A program made the translations under genes and the position numbers. A model generated the notes under the pieces. The model saw only the letters and a list, made by a program, of their open reading frames with translations. It was not told the origin of the DNA and did no database searches. Source: Parasitella parasitica NRRL 2501 (lineage: Eukaryota > Fungi > Mucoromycota). From it: a DNA stretch of 64,000 nt. The stretch is from the NCBI GenBank assembly GCA_025201805.1, contig MU619259.1, forward strand, positions 7,355-71,354, read 5' to 3'. Positions 1 through 12,873 of the stretch are shown here, piece after piece (positions within the stretch are counted from its first letter, which is position 1; each line of letters begins with the position of its first letter).

Positions 1-259
1 ATATGTTTCATTGTTGAGATTGATCCAAGAATATGAGCTGATGTAACATATCAAATAGTTTGTTCGCATCTTGACATTTGAGAGCAAGTCCGCATATCTT
101 GTTGATGTCATGGCAGCCGAGATATTGCGATATCCAGTGACCGTTGAGATATTATACTGATTCGTATCTGATACAATCATATAATATATTTGCAGTAAAT
201 CAGCAAGCGTAGTACTTGTAGGAATTGATATAGTGCAGATGTAGCAGTGCGTATACATC

Positions 260-410
260 AGCCTCGATTCCACAAGCATGCAACCGATGTCAGCACTCGA
301 AAAGTATAAATAGTCTTGGCAAATGTTGTTTAGAGAAGAATCATCTTATTTTTTATATACGAATAAATATATCCAGTTTTAATTGTATATCTATTTCGTA
401 TATTAAAACA
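260..410 (+). repeat. LTR-like direct repeat, copy 1 (3' part of a probable solo LTR)
   Basis: 151 bp, about 12 mismatches against 1865-2015 by manual alignment. Contains a TATA-like GTATAAATA, then AATAAA, and ends ...TAAAACA like an LTR. Confidence 0.7.
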
Positions 411-1864
411 CTGTTTTTTGGAGCAATTATGTCATATCAAATACAGTGTCGCATCAAAAAAAGATAGTTAAAACGTTGCATCTAAGGGGACTAATGAAGA
501 ATAGCAACGGTCAAACATGTACTATTCATAAGCTTTATTAATGAATTATATACGCTACCAGTTTTATTGCCATCGTTAGGCTTTAAACATCAAATGGCTG
601 CTGCTATATACTTGGGTAAATAATGCTGCAGCAATGGGTACTTTTTAGTCTGGTTTTAACAGGCTAAATTAGCGTGGAAATTCCTTTACGTGTCTCTCTT
701 CCACTTTATATTTTTTTACAGCTAGAAGCCACGGTATATAATAAATACACAAGTTGATATCAAGGACTAATATATTGAGCGCAAATATGCTTAGAATATC
801 AATGGATTTATAACATTTAATCACAAACATGTTATACGGCTGGAAGATTTCTCTTGTGCTCAAATAACATCAAAAGTAAGAGCGTTTTGTTTATGGTGAA
901 AAAAGGCTACCAAAGGTTTCTATTCTTGCGAGATGTTTGAAAATCTAATTTCTGATGTTTTTTTATTGTAGATTTGTTTGAAACGCTCCTTTTTTGCGAC
1001 TCACAACATTTTAAAATATCTTGATATTGTAAGTAAAATTTTGCAATGAAATGGACCAAAATTAAGAAATTAAGAAGCTATCTACTTAGGTTTTGCTGAT
1101 CATGATATAAACCTGTGTGTTGAATAGACATATGTAGTTATTGCTGCAGTACTAGGGAATCGGCCAAGAAACATGTATACTCTGAATTTAAGACACTACT
1201 AGGTAAATGAGTCATCATTCTATGATAATATGTGCTAATGTATTTTTATTTTAGGGGAAAACTGAGTATGCAAGACGAGCCGCCACTCGGCCAGGCACTG
1301 CGTAGATCAATAGACTTTATAAATGAAATCCTAAATGTCAAGCTTGTTAATCCTACAGTATATACGGCTAATCAATGTATCATTTATATTATCTTTTGAA
1401 ATAAATCCATCTGCAATTTGAAACCCTAATGAATACGCGAGAACAATTTATGAGAGATAAATACGATACCAATATAGTGATTATATTTTCTATGTTGTGC
1501 ACAAATGGGCATAATGGCGTACACATGAGCATTTCACATAGTATGCACTTTTGAGCATAGTATTAAGCATACGGGCAAATTATATGAAGAGCACATATGA
1601 GCTTAACAATAAGCACATGTGCTGTTTTGTCTATTATGCACATTGTGCATAATAATGTATTATTAACCATATTCACTGTGCATAATAGCTTAGGCTTTAG
1701 TGGTATGCCCACTTGGGCATAATAAGGTAATAATGTGCATACTACTTCGGCCGTAGTGGCAAGACCACTCTCCTTCCTCTCTCTTTCTGGTAATAACTGG
1801 TTTACGATTACTTGTACTAGCAGCACATGGCTAGTAATTGGTTCTATCTGGTGCAAGTCCATTA

Positions 1865-2015
1865 AGCCTCGATTCCACAATCATGTAATTGATGTTAGCA
1901 CTCGAAAAGTATAAATAGTCTAGACAAATGTTGTGGATAGAAGAATTATCTTATTTTTCATATACGAATAAATATATCCAGTTTTAATTGTATATCTATT
2001 TCGTATATTAAAACA
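1865..2015 (+). repeat. LTR-like direct repeat, copy 2
   Basis: Same length as 260-410, with the last ~55 bp identical. Ends in CA and abuts the TIR element. Confidence 0.7.
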
Positions 2016-3491
2016 AATATACTTTAATTGAAGTTTGAAAATTGCCCAATGATGTGATGTGGTACACTCATGTAAATTGGAGTAGAAGGTCTCTATTTCA
2101 AATCAAGAAGGTTATTACTGTTGTGCCAGGTCTTGAAAATGAGCACAGCAGGTGATTGTATGTGATATAAAAATATAAGAATGTAATAAAGACTTAGTTT
2201 ACCAGATACAAAACTATTGATTTATTGATTGACAAGAAGCTGTCTATTTATATTAGAATAAATCTATTTAAATCAATGTATAAAATACAATCAGGTCATG
2301 TTTGACATTTAATTGTCAAACAAGATTATAACACAGTAGTAGTCAGAGCAAGACCTATTTCTATATTTAATCAGCTAATCGTTATGAATGTGGATCATTC
2401 ATCGATAAGTTGAGCTTCGCAATTTAGAATAAGTAGAACCCAAATAGATGGTTTCTTATACAAGACATTCTATTGAATACTTCTATTTACTAGATAGAAT
2501 AATCGATGCCATTTAACCTTAGATCCGATTAGGAACGGGTGCCATGACAACTGAGTTGAAATAGTGGTAACCATGGTATTCTATGGATACAACAAAGTAT
2601 ATAAAGGTTCATCTATCTAGCCAGTAGATGAACGAGAGCTTTATACACCTGTCGATTTGATAATAAAACCTATACCTTTATCAAGTTGACTTTATTGTTT
2701 TTTTATTATAATTTTTTTCCGTGAATCCATATAACAAATTATACCGATTCCACAATTAATACTATCTGCTGTCGCATATCACTTTATGTTCCATTACCAC
2801 ATTGTGTATATCTACATCTCTAATCAAACAACAAACATATTCTTTAAATTCTCAGATCAAATACACTTTTAGTCCTCCATACTATCCCATTCCTCTTATC
2901 AACTTTTCCCTGCGTAAAAAGTTTAGCTGGGGACAATGCAATGGAATGGTATAACTAAAAGCAAGTAACTGAAAAAATAAGACTCAAATGTCACGCATAG
3001 TCAATTCATGCCATTCGAGTTCGCATAACATATTAAGTCATATAAATCAAATCGAATTACAAATACAATTTAAGACCTTATCGATGAATGTCGTGTGAAG
3101 GAAAACACTCCTTGTTGGATCAAAAAGAGATAAAATAAAAACCAAAAGTTAACGAGATACGAAAACTTAAAGATACTTTATTTAAGATCGAAATTGCATC
3201 TGCTATTTATACTTTTTACAACTACATAAATTTATGGTGACTTATTTAGATTACTAATTGACAAGACTAATTCACAATGACAATCTACTTGACAGGGAAC
3301 AATATGAGGTTATACAGCAAGGGCTACACGTCTTTGATCTGACAGTTATTTAACCTTTATCCTGGTGCTCAGACCTGTGTTACTTACAGGAATAACCTTT
3401 TTGATTTGAAACAGAAACTTTATTCTCCAATTTACACAAGCGTATCACATCACATCATTGGACAATCTTCAATCTTCAATTGAAGTACATT
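2016..3491. mobile_element. Non-autonomous DNA transposon / foldback element with ~130-bp imperfect terminal inverted repeats
   Basis: 2016-2152 (aatatactttaattgaagtttgaaaattgcccaatgatgtgatgtgg...ttcaaatcaagaaggttatt) is the reverse complement of 3361-3491 (...aataacctttttgatttgaa...catcacatcattggacaatcttcaatcttcaattgaagtacatt). There is no internal ORF of 60 aa or more, and no TSD was found. Confidence 0.7.
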
Positions 3492-5400
3492 GCCATGATC
3501 TCCTGTCTATAATTATGGTAGATCACTCCTGATCAAAGTCCTTTCCCTTACACAATAAACATTCAGAATAAGAATAACAATGACAAAGATATCAATTATG
3601 GCAGCTCGTCATTCAATGAGTTTTTCCCATCATTCTAGATAAGGATATCTTTAACACAATAACTAAAGTATGGCGATAGCCATCCTAACACGGCCAACTA
3701 ACGTTATGCAAATCTCCATCAATGCTGAAAGCATTCAGCATAATTTGCTTCTCCTTAAAACCTAAAATTAAACAACGACAAATTAACGCATTGACTCTCG
3801 GATCAATGCTTCATCCATGAGAACTGATATACAACAATTCAAATCCTATAAATATTAAGATGTTTTTCTCTAGATAAAACCTCAGTATACTTTTATAATA
3901 AAGAACCCCAAACTTGATTATAATTGTAATTTCATATGGCTTTTATTTTTATTTTATTTTTATTTTGGAAATCTTTCAAATTTACTGCAGGAGTGAACAT
4001 CTTGGTTTCGTTAAGCGAAACAAGCCTGTGGCAGCAAGTGATGGTGGGCGCCACGAAGCGGAGCAGACCAATTCGTTTCGTATACAATAATGTCACCAGA
4101 ACAAGAAATAATCAGAACTGTCTAATATTTTTAAATATATATAATTAAAGTATGTCTTTATTATCATTCATAACAGACTTATATTCTATAGTCGAAGACA
4201 GGATCAAGCTGTCAACTCGAACATCTTTCAAAGGAAAGAGAGAGGAGAGAAGTAGGCAATGATCATGACAGCCCATGTGAAGAGCTTTATCAAAGTATTC
4301 ATGGCACTGTGTCTATGATACATTGCTAATAATATTTCCAAAGTATTGCGATGGCAGCAGCGTAGAAAAGCACAACATCTTCATCTAATTCTATCATTTC
4401 AAGCGAATAAAAACTAATCAAAGCAGATAGACAAACAAGTTAGAAGCAAATCTTGTAGGGACCAATAATCTGTCTTAAAAGTGCAAGCAACTAAACAATG
4501 CCGAGTCTTCCATAACAAGATTACAAAGAGCACCTACAGAAGACGGAACTTTCCAGGCACACTTTGATGACAGCAGATGACATTTATGGTCATGCAACAG
4601 TCGCCACAAGGAATAAAATCTTTTGTAGGTAAAACAGGAGATCTGAAAAACGCTACGAAGTAGGAGGAAGCAATTAGTGAGTAGTTTTAATAGAGAACCC
4701 ATACGAGAAATAACGATATCCAGACATTAATAGATACTGAAATTTTTGTTCCAAAAACAAGACAACAGACACAATGCCAAACCAATTGGAAAGCCAAGAC
4801 GAAGCAAAGCATGACGAAGGTACTCGGAGTGAACTCGATCATAAGCCTTACCTTGTTGATGGAGCACTTAGCCGAGGCAAACCAGGGGTAACTACACGCA
4901 AATGAGACATAAACAACTGAGTTAGCCATCATTAGAGACAAGATAATGAGGAACAAAACTAATTTAGTTAGGATTGACCGACTTAGGTAAAACCTTGTTC
5001 ATCCGATTAGCAGTGAGCTTTGTAAATAACTTGGCATCACTGTCAATGAAGGACAAAGGCTACAGTTAACCAACAACAGAGAGCCCCCTCCTTGAACAAA
5101 AGTGTTATCCGAGTTTGCTGTCACGACAGAGTAAATACACCACTGAAAGCTACACCCGGCACATTCACAAGCAAATCAAAAAGATTAAGGAAGATATTGA
5201 TATAATACACAGGGAGTGAACTTCTCAAATATTTCAACACATGGACAGAAAAAAAAAAAATGCCAATGACCTCATAATAACGCAAATAGCCTTTCCAGTT
5301 ACATACGGCAGAAAAAAGATTTTTTATTCATAAAAAATTACATTAGTTCTCAATGGATCAGTTATATTTATGTGGATCAACATTTAAATAAATAAATAAA

Positions 5401-7790
5401 TTATTTTACAGTAGTAGCTTCTCGGCCGGATATAGGAGAAGAAGAAGAAGGTGGAGGTGTGCTTCCTTGTGAAGGTCTTTCATATTCCTTGCGATTATTA
5501 TCAGTGTCATAAGTGTACATTGGTGTTTTGTTTGAAGGGCGCCACTCGTAATGTTGCTGCTGTTGGGCAGTTTGATAGCTAGAATATTGATCAGGTCCAG
5601 AAGAAGGTGGCAAACTAAAATATTAGGTCAATACAAAACATAATACAGCGCATATGTAGAAATTACCTTTGAGTCAAAGGGTACTGATGACCATATGATG
5701 GGTGGTGATTATACTGATGTTGCCCTTGAGGGAGAGGTTGAGAGTGGGGATGAGAGTGAGAATGGGAATAGTAATGATCTTGAGCTTGCTGCTGGTGCTG
5801 TTGATGGTGATTCATATAAGGCGAGCCATGCTGGGAGTTATCAACACTTGAAGCACTATTATTAGATGCCATTCTAATTCTATTCCAATCCTGAGGGTGT
5901 TGCCGATGATGAGACTCATCATGTCGCTCAGATTGTTGTCTTTGCCAATAATAAGGTGAGGTAGTCGCTTCCTCTTTAACTGTAGAATAATTAGTTTGCT
6001 CATCTAAATGGTGCTGTTGAGAATGACGATGTTGATCACTTGTAGGGTAAGTTATCTCAGAAGATGTGCTTGAATGAGTACGGTCATGTACACTACTATA
6101 GGGCTGCGGCTGCGACGGCTGTTGGTGCAATCCAGTATAATGAGAATGAGACATAGGTGGAGGTGGAGGCGGAGGCATTTGGCTGTAATTTGTATAAGTA
6201 ACACCATGATAATCATAAGGCATATATTCCGTTGGTTGGAAGAGGTGAGCACTTGCACCTGCATAAGCAGTAGGACGACCATAAGGAGTATGAGATGTGG
6301 CATTGTTATGTTGAATGACACCTGAAGTTGGGCCACCTGCATTGCTAACACGTTTACTAGAAGTGTGGGAGCCAGAATCCGTTTCAGCATAATGGCCTGG
6401 ACTTCTACCGCGAACGACCAGCGAGGATGATTTAGCTGATGCAACAGTGATCGTATTACCATTGCGCAGTTTAGCCAATAATTCAACAACGATAACATAA
6501 TATTGCTGAGCAGCACGTCTTTTACCATTATTCGCTGTTGCAGTCTTAAATTGAAGACGCTCAAAAGTTACGATCGATTGACTTGATCCTACAGCACTGA
6601 AACCAATATTACCACCAGGGCGAATTAACTTGGGAGTAGGTGTTGTTTGAGGACCTTTATCACGCTTGGGAGTATGCTGAATCAATTGAATTGATTTATC
6701 ACAGTCAGATAAACGAGCATTCACACCAAGCATAAAGCAATGTATGTCTTCTAAATGCCCATTATGATCTTTTGCTAAACAAGGGAATTCTTGTCCTTCA
6801 TATAAAATTCCAACACCTTCCAAAGAAAAGGATCCGCTTACTTGGAAGTAATTGCGACGATAACAGGTCCAATCATTATCAGCCAAAAAGAAACCTCGAT
6901 CGACCTTAGTATGAAGACGAACATCGATACTAAAAGACATGTTAATTATAGTTAATATCATATGATAAAGGATAAAACCTTACGTTGTATGTCTATCCAA
7001 TGATACAATATTATGGGCGTACTCAGTGGGACCAAAGGAAGGACATGTCTCGTTGATGAGAGAATCTTTACGCTCTCTAGAAGTCGAATTATTAATATGT
7101 GAATGGTAACTGGAAGGTGTGCCGGGTGAAGTAGCACTATTTGTTGCATTGTTGAATTTTTGAGTTTCCAGGGGTAAAGGAGGTGGAGATGAATACTGAA
7201 GGCTTGTATTATCTAGATCGTCGTTTTTAGACGTATCACTATGATTCGTATGATTTGCAGTAGGTTGAGGCGTAGTTGGTTGGGAAGACATAATGACTCT
7301 GCTGAGTAAAGGGAAGGAAGTTAAAGAAACGAAGTGAAACACATAACTATAAAAATGCTACCTTTGTGGAGATGATTCTGTTTTAGCTATAGTACAACTG
7401 CTATTATTATGAGGTTGTTGTAATGGCATCAGGGCCTGATATTGATGATTTTGTTGCTGTTGTTGGTGGTGATATCGATGGGTAGAATCAGTCTTGTGAA
7501 AACTGTGGAAAAAAAGAAAAGGTAAGCAAATAAAATAAAAGAAAATTTCTCCATTTTTCCCCTTCCCAAAGCCCTGGGCTTTCATGGTTTGCTGATGTCA
7601 AATAAAATCATTTTAACAACAAACTAATAAGGTGTGGAAACATTTGCAACCCCTACACATCCAATAGGGGATGTCATGACAAACATACACACTTAAATCG
7701 AAGTTTTATTTACCTTTGTTGTCTATTCAAATGATGGAGCTCTTGACTATAGGTTTGATTCAAACTATATATATGATTCTCTGGACCCAT
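5401..7790 (-). CDS. NDT80/PhoG-like (p53-fold) DNA-binding transcription factor, ~5 exons
   Basis: Motifs DNDWTCYRRNYFQV, TFERLQFKTATANNGKRRAAQQYY and VVRGRSPGHY, followed by a Q/H/P-rich tail. Upstream exons (ATG 7790; 7790-7714, 7502-7362, ~7298-6983) splice in frame through GT-AG introns. Confidence 0.9.
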
Positions 7791-8442
7791 GTTACGTCTC
7801 GAAAAAAAAAAAAAATAGCGAAAAAGAAAGAAAGAAAGGAGCGATAGAAGCATATAATTTGGTAAAAATAATATATCCGTTATTTTTAGCTGTATCCAAT
7901 ACAAATTATTTAATCATTAATCGGAGACTCACAAAAAAGAGAATTAACGCTAAAATGAACCAATTGATGATATTCATGCCTGTCAAATTTCAATCTACAG
8001 ATGCTACTAGTGGTAAACAGTTTGAGATGTGGTTCCAGCCTTTACAAGCCAATATCTACATGAAAATCGACTGGCATTCATTATCAATTCAATGAATCTA
8101 TCCATATTATCTTGGTAGGTATATTTCATACAAAAAAAAAAAATAATCTTGGTAGGTATTTGTTTGTTATAACCAGTTATTTCCTTAAAATAAACTACTT
8201 TTTTTTTTTTGCTGAATAAACATTGAATTTAATAAACATTGAGTGTACTTAGTTCTGGGATTGTTCGTTTATAATAATACAAAATTTATTTTTTAAAACC
8301 TAATCCTACCACCGTATTTCACTGAACAAATAACATGCTCTGGCAATAATCCTGAGAGAGACTACTTTTCTAGCAACTTTTCTGATCTACTGCAATTTTT
8401 TTTTCACCATTTTAAAACTTTTCACTCTTTGGTTTACGCAAC

Positions 8443-9041
8443 ATGTCAGGCCAAGATGATCTCACTAATCTTGCTAGACCACCATCAGATGCAACTTTGA
8501 CAGTTCGTTGTATTAAGAACTTTGAGTACCGTACTTGCAAGAACCTTGTACTTCAACACGTCAACTTGGAAACGGATACTGTTAATGATTTGAAGAAATT
8601 GGTTCTAGAAAGTAAGATAACTTATATTTTTTTTGTTACACACTAACTTTTATAGCAGAAATTCACTCACAATCTGGATGGAAGCCTTATTTGAAGGTTG
8701 ATTTTGGTAAAAAAAAACCAACCGGCTTTATTGGAAATTAGATACCCTCAAGATTTATACAGTTGCTCATGGGCATAAAGTAAATTTAAACTGGGAAATT
8801 AAATTTCAATACTCAATATTTCTTCTAGACAATGAATCTCATTATCAATGTTGAAGATGATGATAAATTAATACTTGCGAAGGGCGAAGCTATTTTGAAA
8901 TGGCAAGGTCTTGGTATGTTGTAAACCTGTATATTCAACTATCGTTAATACTGTATCATAGAAAATGAAACAGAGTTGTCCTTTTTCAATATGACGGACT
9001 ATCAAGCGTTCAAGACTAATCCTGATACTATGAAATGGTAG
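8443..9041 (+). CDS. AIM29: AIM29/C2orf76 (UPF0538) family protein, 5 exons
   Basis: Spliced product reads ATLTVRCIKNFEYRTCKNLVL...GWKPY..VDFDTLKIYTVAHGHKTMNLIIN...ENETELSFFN...KW*. Confidence 0.85.
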
Positions 9042-9333
9042 CACTTTCTTAAAAAAAAAAGATTTGTTTAAACCTCTCAGTGTTGCGTGACACTTACATA
9101 AAAATGACTAACTCTCAGTCTAACTGCATCGTCTTCAATGATTTTACGTTGCGGAATACAATAAGAAAGACTAGAAAACTTATACTGGTGTATTCAATTA
9201 TACAACTAAATATTATGCTTGGTGATCAACTGCTAAAAATGAGTTCTAATTACAATGTGAACGAGAAAAAAAATTGGGTTCTAATAAACCTGGCTTCTTG
9301 GACGTCTTTTTTTTTTCTTCTTGATCTCATATC

Positions 9334-10621
9334 ATGTCAAGAATTTCGGCTGAAGACGATAGCCGAATCCATCCTATTCCTTCTAGCGTTACAATTGTAA
9401 ATGAGGCTACACCATTATTATCTCAAGAGCAGCATTTAGCAAGTAGTCATGCAGAAGATATCACTCTATCTTCTTGTATGTCTTTAAGTTCAGATGAACA
9501 AGTCCGAATAAGAGAGCTTAAAGGTCTCTTCTTATTGACTTTATCATCGTTCCTGTTTGCTTGCGTTTCGGTCATTGTAAAATGGCTAGGAGACGAAAAT
9601 TATCCATCCGTGCAAATTGTTTTGGGCCGAGCTTGCATACAACTTCCATTAGGAGGTATTGGATGTTGTGTTGTAGGTGTCAATCCTTTTGGTAAAAAAG
9701 GCGCAAGACGATGGTTATTTTATCGAGCACTCGCAAGTTCTATAGCTTTACTATTATATTTCTATAGTTTGATCAAATTAACATTGATAGATGCGACAGG
9801 TTTGTCTCATCCAAAAGATAAAATTTGCAACATATAATTTAACATCAAACAATAGTTATCTTCTTTTTGGGCCCCTTGTTCAAAGTGATGATTGGATGTG
9901 TTGTGATGAACGATAGTTTTTCTGTATCTGATGCATTTTATTCAATTCTTTGCTCTGTGGGATTCTTATGCATCGTGAAGCCTCGATTTCTTTTTTATGA
10001 AATGCAAGAACATGATTATTATGGAAGATCATTTGCTATTTCTTGTTCGGTAGCTGCTGCATTGATGTCAGCAATGGCTTATATCACTATGCGTAAAGTA
10101 GGTCAACAGCACGTCATGGTCCATGTGGTTTATTTTGGATTGGTGTCGACATTATTGTGTATACCAATTTTACTATTGAAATTACAGCCAATTGTCGTTC
10201 CTCAAAATGAAGATGTTGTATTTTTTATCTCTGTAGGAGGGTTAGCATTCTTGGGGCAATATTTTATCAACACAGGGTAATGCGCATTATCTGTATTTCT
10301 GAAATATGAATACTGAAAAAAATAATACTTGATAGTTTGAAGATGGCGCCCATCGGCCTGGTTACTCTACTTCGTTCGACTGACGTCGTATTTGCATTTC
10401 TATTTGGTGTCATCATCTTTCATGAATTACCCGGATTTTATACCTTGCTGGGAACACTTATTGTAGTTACCATGACTAGTACAGTCAGTATGCATCAATG
10501 GCATAGACAAGAGCTAAGGCATGCTGCTATCAAAAGACGCAAATCAAAAGACAAACTGGTCAAGCGCCAGCAAAACCTGCAAAACCAACAGCAACATGAA
10601 CCATCAACCTCTATTGCATGA
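9334..10621 (+). CDS. EamA/DMT-superfamily (SLC35G-like) membrane transporter, 3 exons
   Basis: Three consecutive hydrophobic ORFs joined by short introns. Typical EamA segments: NPFG...WLFYRA, LIDAT, SAMAYITMRKVG, APIGLVTLLRSTDVVFAFLFG. Confidence 0.85.
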
Positions 10622-10647
10622 AATAATACCCTAAAACATATCCAATT

Positions 10648-12206
10648 TTATTGTAATATACTAGGTTCACCAGGAATCCATTTACGAAGTGGTAGGGGCA
10701 CATGTACACTACCGTCCGGTTTTTGGTGCGTTTCTAATAAAGCGATAATAACTCTTGGAACTGCCATTGCCGTACCATTTAAAGTATGACAATAATTAAC
10801 CCACTTTTCTTTTACGCTCCAAGGAATTCGAATATCTTTTGATCCAGTGTTTAATCTGAATTCTTTTGATAGATATTTAATGTCCAGTCTTCGTGTCTGA
10901 TAATCTGTACAATTCGAAGTTGATGAAATCTACATTAGAATAAATCAGTTTTACAAAAAAAAAGGGGGGGGGGGCTTGTTTGCCAAGTACTCCAGCTTAC
11001 CTCCCCCCAATCATTCTTCCCTGGCATCCAAGCTTCCATATCATATTTTCTGTAAGCACTAGCACCCAATTCCTCAGTGGGCATATCTAAAACTCTAAAG
11101 CAAAGTCCCAAATCAGAAAACATGTCTTCTTGAAGTGATCTCAATTCAGCCAGCATGTCATTACTTTGCTGTGGTGTGGTCACACAGAATAATTCAACTT
11201 TGGAAAATTGATGAACACGATACAATCCTCGCTCTTCGGCTGACCCATGACCTGCTTCAGCTCTAAAGGCATGACTGAATCCGACGATTTTTTTTGGAAG
11301 CTGCTCTTCTGCATATATTTTAGTGGCTGATAATCCTGCAAGCGGAATTTCTGCTGTGCCGACTAGACAAAGTTTTGGTGCCGTAGTGTTGATTGTACTT
11401 GCTGTTGTTACATCGTAAATCTGAGAAGCTTCCTTTTTACGAGGCTGAAATCCACATCCATATGCGATTGAGGTGCGTACCATATCTGGAGCTAGAACAG
11501 GAGAAAATCCTCTTGCAGCAGCTTTGTGCATCGCATATTGAATCAAGGCAAATTCAAGCCAGGCCCCATAGTTTTTCAAATAATAGAACTTGGACCCTGT
11601 TACAAGGGATGCTTGTTCAAAGTCAATCATGTCCAATTTTTCTGCAATGGCAACATGATCTTTTAAATCTTTACCCTTACGGGGCTCACCGATTATTTTC
11701 ACGACTTTTGCGTTTTCTTCAGGACCGAGAGGTGTTTCCGGATGAGTATTGTTAGGAATTTGAAGAGCTTGGGTCGTAAGCTCACTTTCCGTGGTACTGA
11801 TTTGTATTTCCAATTTGCGCAACTTATCTTTCCAGTGTTTGGCTTGGTTGATGTATTTTTGACGTTTTTCAGCAGAAGAAGCAGAGCGTACTAATTGATT
11901 TACTTGATTGCGCTCATCTCGCAACTTTTCAGCTTGAGTTTCAAGTGTTGTAAGCTTTAAATAAAGTTCTCGAACTTGATAAATACCATCAGATTCATAG
12001 TTACGAAGACGCATATTGGCAGCAATAGCTTCTGCGTTGTCTGCATAGTGAGCCAAATCAAGCTTGGGGCGTATACGATGGATATCTTCTTCCACAACGG
12101 TGGACAAGGCTCGTACAATATTCAAGCATCGGCCAATTCGATTACACTGAATTATTTGCGGTCTATTTTGAATAAACGAAATCAAACGAAGCGACTTTCT
12201 CAACAT
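10648..12206 (-). CDS. DIA4: Mitochondrial seryl-tRNA synthetase, 2 exons
   Basis: Class II SerRS motifs LVGTAEIPLAG, FRAEAG, GLYRVHQFSKVELF, AYRKYDMEAWMPG, EISSTSNCTDYQTRRL and HTLNGTAMAVPR. The Arg-rich N-terminal presequence begins MLRKSLRL. Confidence 0.92.
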
Positions 12207-12873
12207 GGTAAAAATGTTGCTAATATGAAAATAAAACCATTTAATAGAAAGGAGCAGGCCAGGCCCCAAAATACTCGGTAATTGAAATCATCGTTGACAG
12301 ATTTTTTTTCACCCGTATCCTGTCTTTGGCAAAGGTTGATATCAGCACGCTCAGTTGCTTAGTGTTACCTTGATTTATGTCGTTTTTCATAAAACCAAAA
12401 AATATTCACAAATATCATAATAACTGAAAGTTTAAATCGCTTTATCACCTCAATAGTACTTGGATTTAAGTATACGAGTACCCATATCCCTAATAGAAAT
12501 CAAGTCGTGTGCCTGTGGTAGTATCGGATCTGCGGATCTGCAAAGAAGGGTATTATTCAAAAGTTTGGTTGCTATGCATCAGTCGTTATTTTGTAGCCAG
12601 TTCTTAATAGTCATACAATATGCCAGACCTACATAGTCTATATATCAAGCTTTTTACCGTTGTTTCTTATTTCTTGTCCCTGGTTGAAGATCTATACCTC
12701 GCTCATATACATATGGACTTGCGCTTCTTTTTTATTGCCAAACGCGTACATTGGTAGCAATCTCACAAAGGGGGCTAGGGGAGAAAGTGGGGCTTGTTAT
12801 TAAAAATACAAAACCAAGACATTGGCGAAAAATTCAATTTCTCCCTCTCCCTTTTAAACTCTTTTTTTGTATA

